64,000 nucleotides of DNA from Phoronis australis (taxonomy: Eukaryota; Animalia; Phoronida), in NCBI GenBank assembly GCA_002633005.1, contig NMRA01000352.1:230626-294625 (forward strand), given 5' to 3'. The notes beneath the pieces were generated by a model. That model was given only the letters and a program-made list of their open reading frames with translations, was not told the DNA's origin and made no database searches. Both the position numbers and the translations under genes were made by a program. This document shows positions 14,005-26,764 of this stretch, piece by piece (the first letter of the stretch is position 1; each line of letters begins with the position of its first letter).

Positions 14005-17000
14005 ATGGCAGATTCAAGTGAGTAGGACCACCGCGTACGCACTTTGATGTGTATTAATATCTCTAATTTAGCCTAAATTTACACTTTCTTATACATCACA
14101 TTCCGTGTTATTGAGTTATTGTATAATTCTTAAATTGAGTTTAAGCAGGTTTCTATCTACTGGTGATGCTTACGGCCGCTATTGAATTCAGCCGCTCACC
14201 TCTAAAAGTGACCGACGATTTCGGAAATAAAGTTCGCTGATACTGGCGCTCCCTTGATCACCTACAGGTGCAGTCTAACTGTTTTCAGGTAAAACATGTA
14301 CGTGCGAGGCCATGTGCAAGAAGGACGTCCCCGCGTGTACTCCTCCTGCCAAATGCGAGGGTCCGTGTAAATCATGCAAATGTGCAGGTAAATGACGCGA
14401 TCCTTAATTATTCATGATTAAAAATACAGTCTTGCAATTACTGTCATTTACTGTCACATAGGCCGCGGTGCGCCGCATCTGTCTTTGATTTTCTTGTAGG
14501 AAGCTGGGCGGAAACCAGCTTTTATTTTTTTAAAATCTGTTCAAAGTAAAAAAATACTGACTAAACACGTATATCTCGTGAAAAAATAAAGACAAGTAAA
14601 TAAGAATAATATTTTGTTAGAAAATTTAGAGATAACGGACTTAAAAGATATTTGCACATAAGTACAGCCTGGTAAAGGTTTACAGTTACCTTAAACGTCA
14701 AGCCTAACGCCAAAACGCAAGTTCCCATGATATCATGGTTCTACCAACACGACATACCGATCTTTTTTCAAAATAAAGACCTAATGTTAATTTAAAGTTA
14801 AAAATTTCAATTTCTAGTGCTGTGGGATAAATGGATGCCTCGCATACTTAAATAGCCGTGAGAGAATATTAAGTTCAGTATCTAGGACCGGTAGCGGATG
14901 AGGGGGGGGGGCTCAGACCCCAGGTCGCGGCGGAATTGTGTTCCCGTTTTTTTTTTCCTTATTTTTTAGTCCACCGACAGAATTTGCGAACAGAAGGAGA
15001 AGGCCCACACCCTCAGCCCCCGCAACTTTCGGGCCCCCTGTGCACATACAATCGCGCTTTGCCCAATTCCCCGAGGCAACATGTTGGGCCCCCCTTAGCC
15101 GCGTATCCTAGATCACTGAATAACCTCGATACCGTCGTAGACTGTATTTATGAACGTGTATAGATACATGTATTCTGTATTGCGTTCCTTTATTTTGTAT
15201 TATACACGAAGGTATCTAGCGTAATCATTATTATGGTGCTGTCCCCTTATTCATTGGTAACTACTAGCCACGACAAGAATGAATGAAGTGCTTATGTTTG
15301 TTCCTCTCACCAGGTGGCGACTGTCAGTGTGGTTGCGGATGTGACTCCAAGACCGCCTGCAAGTGCCCCGTCACGTGTTCATGCATCGTAAGATGCGGTT
15401 GCAGGGGTGAGTCATTTCTATCAACATCCCAACAGTTATCGCTGCATTGCTCATCGGGAGATTTCAAAATAATTTCTCTGTTCAAAAAAGTTCCTAGTGG
15501 GGATCAGGGCTCATTAGTTCGTAACACAGAACGAAATCCATAGTTTTCGCAGTATTCTTTTCGCAGTATTAGTTTCTGGATGAATACCGCAGGAAGTTCA
15601 TTAAGACGTTTTGAATATTTTGTCAACAATTTTGACGGAAGGTGAAAAAGGCGATGACATCGGTTTTGGAAGCGGAGACTGATGGTCTGACGCAAAAAGG
15701 TGCTTTGAAGCCCGGAGGCACAGTGCATATTTGTGCGTGAAACAGCTTGGTAGTAGTTTTTGCCTTGGTGAACTATGTTTGTCAAGATGTGTTATATTTA
15801 AGTCCCCGGTGTTCGTGTGTGTCGAAGGTGAAAGTGTTAATGTCGGCTACTGGTTTATGCGTATGTATTAATTGTCTCTCCCTCGCAGTATCCATTAGCA
15901 GCGTCTTTTCAGTTCTCGTTTAAAGCAATTCTTTTTTTGCAAACTGTAGTTACTTTCTCACCAGCCACAATATTCACTACTTATTCTATGGTTACTCCGG
16001 TATATGGTGTGTCATCTGCCCGACTAAGAGTCACGTGACATTTGTATATGTGTCCACTTGCTGCTTTTTAGTTGATTTGCGTCGACTGGGAATTCAAATT
16101 TCATGTATTCTTCTTGTTGTTCACTCACTAGGGGGCGCCTGCGAGTGTGGGTGTGGCTGTAGCTGCTGCGTGCCATGTTGTTGCCAGATCACGTGTTCCT
16201 GCAAATCCAACTGCAAATGTGCTGGTAAGGACCTACTCTAGCTGTTGTACTAGACAAATAGTTTTGTAAAACCCTTGCTATGCAACGACTCGTGGTGGAG
16301 AGTTTTACCGGTCTTCTAGATTTTTCATCACACGTCCGGTGAACGTGAGGGTGATTATTGTGCCAAATATGCTCTTTTAACTCAAAGCTTACTACGTTAT
16401 CGTCTATAGTCTAATATATGAGAAATTATTACAGTAAGTTCATAACTTTCAACGGGCAAACTGGTCACTGCTGCTACATTCTGGTATTTACGCGCAAGAA
16501 ATCCATGTGCTTAAAATGCATGGGTTCACGATAAAAATCAATGCTGGTGACAATGCCTCTGGCGAGGAAGAACACTGGTGTTTTTTGCCTCGGATGTCAT
16601 ATTATGCTCAATGATTTTTTTCTACAGGTGGCAGTTGCCAGTGTAGTTGCGGCTGTGACTACAAGACCCCCTGTAAGTGCGCGAACGCCTGCTCTTGCAA
16701 ACCGGCCCCGTGCTGTGAACCAAAGTGTAAATGCGCTGGTGAGTTGATGTTACGGGCTCCTATGAGGCCAAAAGCAAACAATGTTTTAAATGACATGCCC
16801 GGTCTCCGCACAATCACGTCGTTGCAGCTCTGAAACTGGTTTGAATCTGGTAAAAAAGTTGATAAAATAAGATCATAAAACAACGTCACCACTTTTGCCC
16901 ATCAGAGGTGGATTTACCTTCGAATATGTGCGCAAGTAAAGATATCGTGCCACTGCATCAATTTTCAAAAAGGCGAGAACCAATTATAATTTTTGGCTGT

Positions 17001-20000
17001 AGTGTTGTATTACCTATAACCATTTTAAGGTGTGTGTATGCCAAGGCAATGTCTGCCTGAGGTATCCTTGAATTGTTTACTACATGAACGTATTGTTGTA
17101 AAGCTACATGCGCTTGTTTTTGTGTCTGTAACCAAATAAACATCAAACATTAAAGTTTTAGCATGAATTCGCATTTAGGCAACGTGAAGTTCTCAATTTC
17201 CAACTCGCGTTATTTTCATTTTTGTCAATAGGTGGCAGCTGCCAGTGCGGTGTCGGTTGTGACTCCAAGACCCCGTGCAAGTGCCCTGACACCTGCTCGT
17301 GCATATCCGTATGCAAATGCGCAGGTGAGTTAATATTATGGTCTCCTATGAGACCAAAACTGGGCATAGTTGGTTCTGGTCTGTGCTCCTTCTTACTTTG
17401 AAACCTGCGCCTCACTCATTAAAGAAAAAAGCGTCCACGGATCCATTTCAGACGAAGCCTCGTTTTTTTGAATTTCACCACAAACGCAGACAAGCAACTG
17501 GTTTTAAACGCCCTGTCACCACCTCCCCCCATCACTGACAACCACGTCGCTGCATCGTTAAGTAAAGAGTGATTTGAGTATAGTAAAAAGAAAGAAAGCG
17601 GTGCCCGACTTTCGCCAGTTTCCGTTGGATTTGCCCTCGAAAATTTGCGGTGCCACTGAATCAATTTTCAAAAAAGACCGGGGTTTTAAATTGGAGCATG
17701 AATTTTCCTTTACACAACTTTAAGTCCTCATAATTTCCCTCTCTTTTGTCCTGGTTAAATTTCTAAAATAGGTGTTGGAATGTCGTGCAGTTACCCAAGA
17801 TTAAGAAGAGTAAAATATTATAAAGTAAAACGATGAACGTAGGAACCAAAATATATTAAAATATGACTGACGTTCGTCGTTTTACTTTATACTATGTTAC
17901 TCATTTTAAATTTCTGTCAATAGGTGGCACCTGCCAGTGCGGTGTCGGTTGTGACTCCAAGACCCCCTGCAAGTGCCCGGACACCTGCTCGTGCATATCG
18001 AAATGCAAATGCGCAGGTGAGTTGATATTATGGTCTCCTATGAGATCAAAAATGGGCATAGTTGGTTCTGGTCTGTGCTCCTTCTCATTTTGAAACCTGC
18101 GCCTCACTAATTAAATTAAAAGAAAAAGGTTCCATGGATCCATTTGAATCGAAGCTTTGTTTTGTTTTGAAAATCACCACATTAGTCAGGTGGATTTGCC
18201 TTCGAAAATGTGCGCAACTAAAAATAACGCGTCAATTTTCAAAAAGGCCACCACCAACTATGTTTTTGGCCGTAAAGTTGTATTACACACCTGTAATCAG
18301 GGAGTCGGTATTGGAAGGTGTGTGTAGGCCAAGGCAATGTCTTTGTGAGAGTGTCATCCAGTCGCTAAATACATTTATTTCATTATTGTAACCCTGCAAG
18401 CTTGTCTATACCAAATGTGTTTACATGTTCGCTGCTGGGCACTAAACGTTGAAATTTGAGCATGAATTTTCCTTTACGCAACGTGAAGTCCTCAATTTAA
18501 CTTGTGTTAATATAATTTCTGTCAATAGGTGGCAGCTGCCAGTGTGGTGTCGGTTGTGACTCCAAGACACCCTGCAAGTGCCCCTACACGTGCTCGTGCC
18601 TATCGAAATGCAAATGCGCAGGTGAGTTAATATTATGGTCTCCTACGAGATCAAAACTGGGCATAGTTGATTCTGGTCTGTGCCCCTACTCATTGTGAAA
18701 CTTGCTCCTCACTCATTAAAGAAAAAGCATCCGCGGATTCATTTCAGATGAAGCCTCGTTTTTTGAAAATCACCCTAGACGCGAACAAGTAAAGTTTTAA
18801 ACGCCATACCATCAACTTTCCCCCCACACGAAGATAACCACGAAGCTGCATCAATAAAACTGATTTGAGTATCCTAAAAAGAAAGAAAACGGCACCACTT
18901 TCGCCAATCTCACTCATGTGGATCTACCTTCGAAAATGTGCCCAATTAAAAAAATAAAGCATCAAGTTTCAAAAAGGCCACGACCAACTATGTTTTTACC
19001 GTAAATTTGTATTACACAGCTGCAATCAGGGAGTAATTGAAGGTGTGTGTAGGCCAAGGCAATGTCTGTGTGAGAGTGTCATCGAATCGTTAACTACATT
19101 TAGTCCATTATTGTTACCTTGCAAGCGTGTCGATACCAAATGTGTTTATGTGTTCGATACTGAGCATTAAACATTGAAATCTGAGTTCTCATTTACATGA
19201 AGCAGTCATCAATTTAACTTGTGCTGTTTTTATTTCTGTCAATAGATGGTAACTGCCAGTGTGGTGTCGGTTGTGACTCCAAGACACCCTGCAAGTGCCC
19301 CGACACGTGCTCGTGCAAACCGGCTTCCTGCTGTGAACCGAAGTGTAAATGTGCTGGTGAGTTACCGTCATGGTCTCCTACGAGGCTATAAGGGCATAAC
19401 TTGCTTCTGGTTTGTGCTCCTACTAATTTTGAAACCTGCGCCTCACTAAAGCAAAAACTTCCACGTATACATTTCATGCGAAGCCTCGTTTACTTTTAAC
19501 AAACACACGCACGCACGCACGCATGGTTTTAAACACCGAGTGCCATCAGCTCCCTCACCCCCTCCGGCCCCCCTCACAAACAGCCATGTCGCAGTAGCAC
19601 TGAAATTGATTTGAGTACGGTAAAAAATTACGGCCTGGTTCCGCCAATCTCAGGTGGATTTGGTTTTTGGAAGTGTGCGCAACTAAAAAATATCGCGCCA
19701 AAAACTCATCAATTTTCGGAAAAGGCCAGAATAAGTTAATATATGCTTTAGTTGTCAGAGTGTTATATTGCACACCTATTGGCAAGGAGTTTATAAAGGT
19801 GTGTAGGGCAAGTCATTGTAAGCTTACTTTGTGTTTACACGTTCTCTTTTAAGTAGTAATCGTTAAAATTTAAGTATGAATTCTCATTTACGAATTGTGA
19901 AATCGTTGATTTCTCACTGGTGATATTTTCGGTTTTGCCAATAGGCGGCAGCTGCCAATGTGGTTGCGGATGTGACTCCAAGACCCCCTGCAAGTGCCCC

Positions 20001-20579
20001 GACACCTGTTCGTGCATATCGCAATGCAAGTGCGCAGGTGAGTTGCTGATAAAAATTTTAGTCTCACCCACAGACGCATTACTTAACGGTTGCAGTCTGG
20101 TACAAGAACAAAAGGCTTAAAAATCCTTGTGTGTGTCGTTTAGGCAAAGTGAATTTGGTTCAATACTCTGAAATTCTCAGTTTTCGGATTTAATTAATTT
20201 GTTAAGATAACAAACGTCGGGTTCGCGACTGACCCTGGTGAAAGTGTGTATAACTAATGAACATCAAACTAAGTCGCCACTATTTTCATTCTTCAGGTAA
20301 AATTTAAAATGGCGTTATATGCGTGCTTCCTGTCACAAATTCTGATGTTGGGAATTTGCCGTCATAAAAGTGGTCCTATCTTGTCATTTACTTGGCTTAA
20401 AAGTAATCTCTCAACAGTTAATACTTCAGGTCTAGCTCATAGAATTTCATGTCTTGTATTTAGGGTTTTGATGAAATTATTTTTAAAATTTTGTAGCAGG
20501 CGACGAGTGCAAGTGTGGAGTAGGTTGCAAGAAGGACACTGCTTGCCCGTGCAAGGATGACTGCAGCTGCCGCACTTAG
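14005..20579 (+). CDS. Large multi-domain metallothionein (MT-A), ~324 aa, 98 Cys
   Basis: Exons 14005-14017 (MADS), 14289-14387, 15314-15406, 16132-16224, 16628-16738, 17232-17324, 17924-18016, 18529-18621, 19246-19356, 19945-20037 and 20497(or 20500)-20579. All introns are GT-AG and phase 1; 975 nt open to TAG. Typical module: GGSCQCGVGCDSKTPCKCPDTCSCISKCKCA. About 30% Cys in CxC motifs, almost no aromatics. MRE promoter; AATAAA at 21115 and 21185. Confidence 0.9.
16560..20060 (+). repeat. Tandem exon+intron duplication array, 6 units with ~600-720 bp period
   Basis: Exons start at 16628, 17232, 17924, 18529, 19246 and 19945. Flanking intron sequence is also repeated, e.g. GTGAGTTRATATTATGGTCTCCTAYGAGAYCAAAA and AATTTTCAAAAAGG. 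Confidence 0.9.
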
Positions 20580-21938
20580 AGCGCCGCCTTTTGATGGAGC
20601 TGGGGAACCTCGGGGTCATGGTTTCCTTTCTCGATTCGGAATTTATCTGCTCTGTCCTCGTTATATTCCATCGGTTTAATTCCAGAATACATAGTCTTCT
20701 TATCTATTGAATACTGTTTATGTTGTATAATCATCCCCTATCTGCTTTTATATACTTGCCTGGTTCCCTTTACTAAACTTGTCAGTTCTCTTTGAAAAAC
20801 AGTAAGGTATATGTTATTCATAGACAATGGTCAAGGTGGCCATGAGAGGTTAATTGTTGAATAGACGTGGCCATATAGAAGCAAAGTTCAGTGTCTGTGT
20901 AACTTAAAGTTTTAAACCTCTTCCTCTAAAGCTTGTTAAACATGTGTTATGTTAATGACCTAACGAAATGTTTTGTAATTAGGAGTGTCGTCTGCTGAGC
21001 TTTCTAGATTACACTGGGAAAAATCTGTTTCAGACGACTTCAAGTGTAAACCTATTTAGCTCAGCACACAAAGACATTTACTACTCTGTATAAATACAAG
21101 TACTGTATACACACAATAAAATTATCACAATCGACAAGAATAGTTCCTTACTTGTGTTATTAAACGCTCAATTATGTTCTCATCAATAAAAGTATACTTG
21201 GTCCAGTGCATGCATTGAGAACGTCATGCGAAAAATTAAATAGAATTTAATCTATGGTTATTCTATCCAAAAGTAACCACTGAAAATAACGTCAATTTTT
21301 TGAAATTCAAAATTTACAAAATGTACTTACAAAAAACCTTTTCGTAAACACAATGACGTCATTTCAAACGCTTCACGCATTGTCTCTTGACGTACATTTA
21401 GAAGTGTATGGCACCCTCAAGTTGCCTTGAACTTTCGCCTCCTCTGGAACACCTCTGGTATTTTAGTTGCCTAAAATTTCGTTTAGAGGTGAACGTTATT
21501 CTTACCTCAGTCACACGGCAAATCATGTGACTTTCAAACTGTAGAATAACTGACAGTCACGTTTGAGGGCAAAGTTAAGGCTCGAGACTACCCGATGTTA
21601 AATCAAAATGCGCCCTCCTTTGTCAATGACTAGTGTGAAAACGGTACAAGCTGCCGCAAGTTCATACAAGCAAACGTTCACAATGAATTCAAGAAAATTC
21701 GGAAAGAAAAGACTTGTGTAAAAACACAAAATTTACAATAATATTTGGTATTCACATCCTGATGCACCGTATGTTGGTGACTACTCATGGCAGTCTGGAA
21801 CTCTACAGAAACAATCCATTCAGTTGCGCTGAGCAAGCCAAGACAAGGTAACAGTCACCTTGCATCGACGGAACGGAAACTAATATTCTACGTTTTGAAG
21901 TCCATTTTCAAAAGTTCAACCCTCACGTTCCCATTTTG

Positions 21939-22662
21939 TCAAGACGTTCTGACTGGCTGAGAAGTTCTGAGAGCGAGTTTGTTGTGACAGTAACTTAAAG
22001 TGGCACACATGATTGGCAAATCTCCTTAGACCAATGCGACAACTCATATGCAACGCGTTTCATAAATAGACAACCTTTAAGCTTCGCGCCAACTAAAGAC
22101 AAACAGTGTTAACTTCAATTGCTCGATGGGGTCAGTGGCGGCTACTGCAGCAGTCGCTACAATCTGTCAATATTCGTTTTCTAATTACCCAAACACCCGT
22201 GAGGAGTCAGTGTGACCTAGTGTGATAGGTGCCCGCTTTCTGTCACGAGATAGGGTTCGAGTCGCATTGGGCCCTCACTTCTATGGACCCTTGAGTAAGG
22301 CCTCTAGCTTCTTAGCTCGGTTTTAACTATATAATAAAGCCCAATATGGTTCGAGGTGATCAGTGCAATGGGCCCACGTGCGCAGCCTGTGTACGTCTGG
22401 TACAACGGTACGGTACCGCCTGTAATTTTTATATATTTATACCCAAACACCCAGTATTAGCCTAAAAGTGGCACGTGTTTGGATAACGTTTTCTTACTCA
22501 AACCTCACTTCTTCACTACCATAAACTGTCTTGAAATTGGTTGCTATGGAAATGGAGATAATCGCATCTATTTATGAATGCAAACAAAATGAACTTAGTT
22601 TAACTTAACACCACAAATAACTCCGGAAATCTTTAACAAACTTGACAACGTGGCGAAAGGTA
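21939..22662 (-). pseudogene. Relic 3' exons of a Got1-like gene, carried in the segmental duplication
   Basis: 22609-22662 (TFRHVVKFVKDFRSYLW; donor reads TT instead of GT) and 21939-21993 (YCHNKLALRTSQPVRTS*) match 33552-33605 and 32962-33016 in length and frame. No upstream exons are present in this unit. Confidence 0.6.
22201..22410 (+). mobile_element. tRNA-derived SINE-like repeat
   Basis: A-box-like TGACCTAGTG and B-box GGTTCGAGTC. The body is shared with copies at ~53940-54040 and 54841-55040. Confidence 0.6.
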
Positions 22663-22748
22663 CTGAAAAGCAGCGAAAATAACTAAAATGTACTTTGTTA
22701 AGCCAAATCAACATTACTTTCTTCTGCTATATTTTACTAATTCCTTAA

Positions 22749-24045
22749 AGGAGCATGCCACCCAAAAATCACCTATTTTGTATCAATTTAGATCGAGTAG
22801 TTCTACTCCATAACGACACGTACGGTTGCGTTACCTGACACCTGACGGCAGACGGAGGTGTTGAAACTATCTAATGACGTAATTGGTTTCACACGCAGTC
22901 TGTTCAGTAGTTCACAACACGGGTTACTGGTGTCAGCTTATCGCTTGAATTCATCGTTTAACACAAATAAATCATCAAACTTCGATGTAAAACCCTTAAA
23001 AATACACCGAGTTCTTATAAAAACGTGTTGTCTGATTTCGCTGTTATGGATTTATTGTTATTTGGACACACCGTAGCCAACAAAGTTCGGCAGGCCAATA
23101 AAGTCCGTAGCAGGAGTTTGGGGTCTTTTCGGAGATAAACTTTCGAAGTATTTTCCGTGAGATACAGACAGGAGAACCTAGATCTGTGTTGTTTAGACTT
23201 GTGATCTTTTGAGTTCTAAACACAAAACGCTTGTTATAGTGGCCAGTGGCTCAGAGCCCCGGCAATCAGGCCCGTTTCGAAGCCGGCCGGATTGACTCGT
23301 TATCCCGGCCTGAGTGGCTTGGAAACTGATCAGACATCACGAACATAAACCAGCCAAAGTTCAGTGGAAACTAAACTTCCAGTCAAGAAAATACTATACT
23401 AGTGAGCCAAAGTGCACGTGATTATGTTGGTGAATTAGCCAGGAAACTGCAAATCTACTTACTCGTCGGGGGCCGCGAATTCAAGTTCCGCTTTGGCCAC
23501 AGCACCGTCAGGGCAGAAGCTCTACATTGACAATCATTATTTGAATAATGTAAATGTAAATAAAGATTCCCCTGATACCTTGTCGTGGGATGGCAATCGA
23601 GTTGTTTCACAAAAGTTTCTGCCAGTGAACACTAAATTAGCATGAGTTCACACGGACTCGGTGTCTCGTCAATTAGTTTTATTGCACCTAAAGCCGGTAA
23701 CGCAGTGATTTATTCATTGCTGGCCCCTCAAATCATTTGCACTCACGAACACTCCAAAGGCATTACAAATTGCATCTAATGAGACAGACTTTGTTTTAGT
23801 TTTATATAAGTATTGGTTAGGGTGAGAATAATTCATTTTGAAACAGAACGCTCATGTAATAAACGTCAACATGGCAACTCGCAATCCCGACTTAGGCAAG
23901 CTAGAGTTTATCAGTCCCGACGAAGACTTCACAGGTGGATCGTTAAGTTTCACAGGCTATCAATTCGAACAGGAATACGGTGATGAAGAAATGCTAGAGA
24001 GGCCCCGTGAACAAGCTCCGGCAGACAACGGAACTTGCAGGTGAA
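22749..24045. mobile_element. Kolobok-like element, right end not found
   Basis: TTAA|AGGAGCATGCCACC left end. About 1.3 kb is collinear with 45876-47100. Absent at the equivalent site of the second duplication unit (~33680). Confidence 0.6.
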
Positions 24046-26473
24046 CAGAAATGTCAGTGTCTCGGGGATACTCTTGAGATCGCGAAGGGTCTTGAAGACT
24101 TCGAGAAGTCGTTGAGCAACTATGTAGTAACGCTTTTCGAGCGTCAGCAGAGAACGTTTTCTACGACAAGAAAAGTAAAAATGTCACGATCATCTATGGG
24201 ACAGGACATATTCAGGAACTTGAGCATTCTGAACAGACACAAAGAACAACTGCCTAAAATAAACCTCGTAGATATATTTGTAACGCAAACAACTTTGGAA
24301 AATATTAGCTCTGTCAATCAAAACATACAATCAACGTATGCCAAATATATCGTTCACCTCCTTGTTCGTTGTAGAGTCGGATAACTAGGACAATCACGTA
24401 CAATAATTGCAAGCATCGTAAACGACTAAAGAAAAAACAACTTTGAAATTTTTTTCTTCTGTCAACTACTCAGTCCTGTCATATAAAACAAACGTGTGTC
24501 TTCTTTTCGATGTTATCTTTTAAGAAATTAAAATTTCTTGCTGTAAATAAAAAATACACCTGACAACTGGACCGGGAGGGGGTACCCGAGCATTTTTGGA
24601 CGGCTGTGCCGCTCTAAAATTAACAGACCAGCCCATTTTCGCACAGTTTTGCGTTAAAATTAAAAAAAAAAACTCACTAGAGAGAATTCTGTCAAAAATG
24701 ATACCTTTCAGGCAGCACGTCCCTTATACCTCTTTTATGTGAGTACGCCCCCCACGGTAACTGGACCATCTCACTGGCAGAGGCTTACAGCACCGGATAT
24801 TAGCTCCCCACTTATTTCAGTGCTGCGCCGCCAATGCATGGTTTATGTCCGTAAAAACCTCCGCACTCTATACAGGGTCGGCTATCACGTAATATAATTT
24901 TTTTAAAGTTTGTGACTGAATCCTATTTTTACCCCTTTGAATGATTTTGAGTTGCTAAGAATTGAAGCTACACAAGACATTACGAATTTTTACAGTTTTG
25001 ACTTTTTCAATAAACACTTCTATATCTTATCAACAAAATAAACTTTGATAAAGGTAGGCTTTTCTTACGACCATGGCTAAAATATATTTATCATAAGTGC
25101 CACGTGAGCTAGTGATCCATATTTCCCAGAACGGCAACAGGTTGCGGAAATTGAACTTGTTTTGTCGGACTACGACGATGGATCGAAAATATCAGTAACT
25201 AACCGTTTTGATTTGTAAACTTAGCTATTCAGTAGAAACCTGAAAGATTCACTGTTCGTTTTCACGTAGGCCTACAGCTTCTAATCAAGGTAGGGCATTC
25301 CATATCTAACCGATAGGCCTAAATAGAAAACTTAGCAAGTTCACTGCTCGTTTTCGCGCCCAATTTCACCGGTAGATACAACCCTACGCTGTATCTGCAG
25401 TCAAATCAGCACGCGTTCAGCATGCGCTCAACGGAGTTCAAAGTGAGGTCATGACCATTTGGTTGATAACGTTTCAAAATTTTCCGGGGACCCAGAATAA
25501 ATTCAACCCCGGCGGCTGTTATTGTTTCCATACCTACATTAAGCCGGTGAAGGCACGCCACACGTCTTAGTATTTAAAGGACCGGGTTCTCCGCAGCCGG
25601 CCACAAAGTGCGAGGAGTACAAATAAAAGGCATGACTTAATTAGTTAGGTTTCACGAAATTCCCGGCTTCATAGGTGCGGCCGGACCGGGGGGTTGGCCA
25701 ATGAGATTAAAAAGTGGGAATTTCAGAGGCGAATCTACAGGGGGGGTTCAGGGGGTTTAAACCCCCCCTCGGGACAGGATCAAAAATGAAAACTGGAAAA
25801 AATATCGCCAAAAACGAAATTAGCTACTAAAAATCCCAAAAAATCTTACACGGGAGGAGGGAAACCCTCTCGCAACCTTCCTTCTCCTCGGCGCTACGCG
25901 CCTCGGATTCTTTCGAATCCTAACCCCCCCCCTTACTGAAATCGTAGATCTGCCACTGGATTTTCCCTGGACGATGACGCCAAACTGACTGAGTCGCAAA
26001 TCAAATCCTCTACGCAGTGGTAAATTCTGTGATCTGCTGGACCAAATCAGGCGAATTTGGCCGATACCTAATAATGCACAGATTTTGACAACAGTTTCAC
26101 ACCTGTTGACAGACTCCACCCGACGATCAAGTGATAGTAGGCTGACATTGACACTGATGTCTAACGCGCCGTGCGACTAGAAATCGCGATTTTCAGGGTC
26201 GTGCATGGCCTTTCAATTTCAGCTTCAACTCATGATTCAGAGACAGCAAACGACACGGCACCTGAACACGTGAAATTTCAGTTGACGTATATGTTTATAG
26301 GCCTACTATGTAAGGATATAATCGGAAACCAGCCAAATAACCAGTCACCTGAAAAACAATCATTACTGCCTGCACAGCAGAAATCATGCATGCGTAGAAT
26401 ATTTGCATGGACTGTGTGTCAAGCCACTCCCAACCAATCAAAACTCATAAAAGATTGGTTAAATGACCCATGT

Positions 26474-26764
26474 TGCACTCGGCACTCTTCGTTCATACGT
26501 GAGTGCCGCGTCTGCATGTGGTATTTGCACCGTGGTGACACAAAATTACCTGCCGGTACCTCATGACATAGTGCGACCGGCTTTTGCACACGGCACCCTA
26601 TATGTACCTCTGCAGTGGAGTTATCTCCCTTTTCGCTAAAGTGGCGAACACCATTGGAATGCTCGATATTTTCAGCATCTCAATGGAGACATGTTGGGTT
26701 ATCACTGAATGGCAACTGAAGAATGGAAGCCTCCATTGAACGGCGCGTAGCAAGGTCTATATAA
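26474..26764 (+). promoter_or_regulatory. Promoter of MT-B: two intact MREs, one mutated MRE, TATA displaced by a ~150-bp insertion
   Basis: TGCACTC at 26474 and TGCACAC at 26585. The middle site reads TGCGACC. TATATAA at 26758. Collinear with the MT-A promoter. Confidence 0.75.

Noticed and set aside
16628-20037. Regularly spaced repeats as a CRISPR-like array
   Set aside because: The repeats are spliced coding exons, the spacers are homologous introns, and the context is eukaryotic.
16659-20079. Repeated minus-strand ORFs (SPAHLH...QPTPHWQ)
   Set aside because: Antisense shadows of the MT exons; splice signals and promoter support the plus strand.
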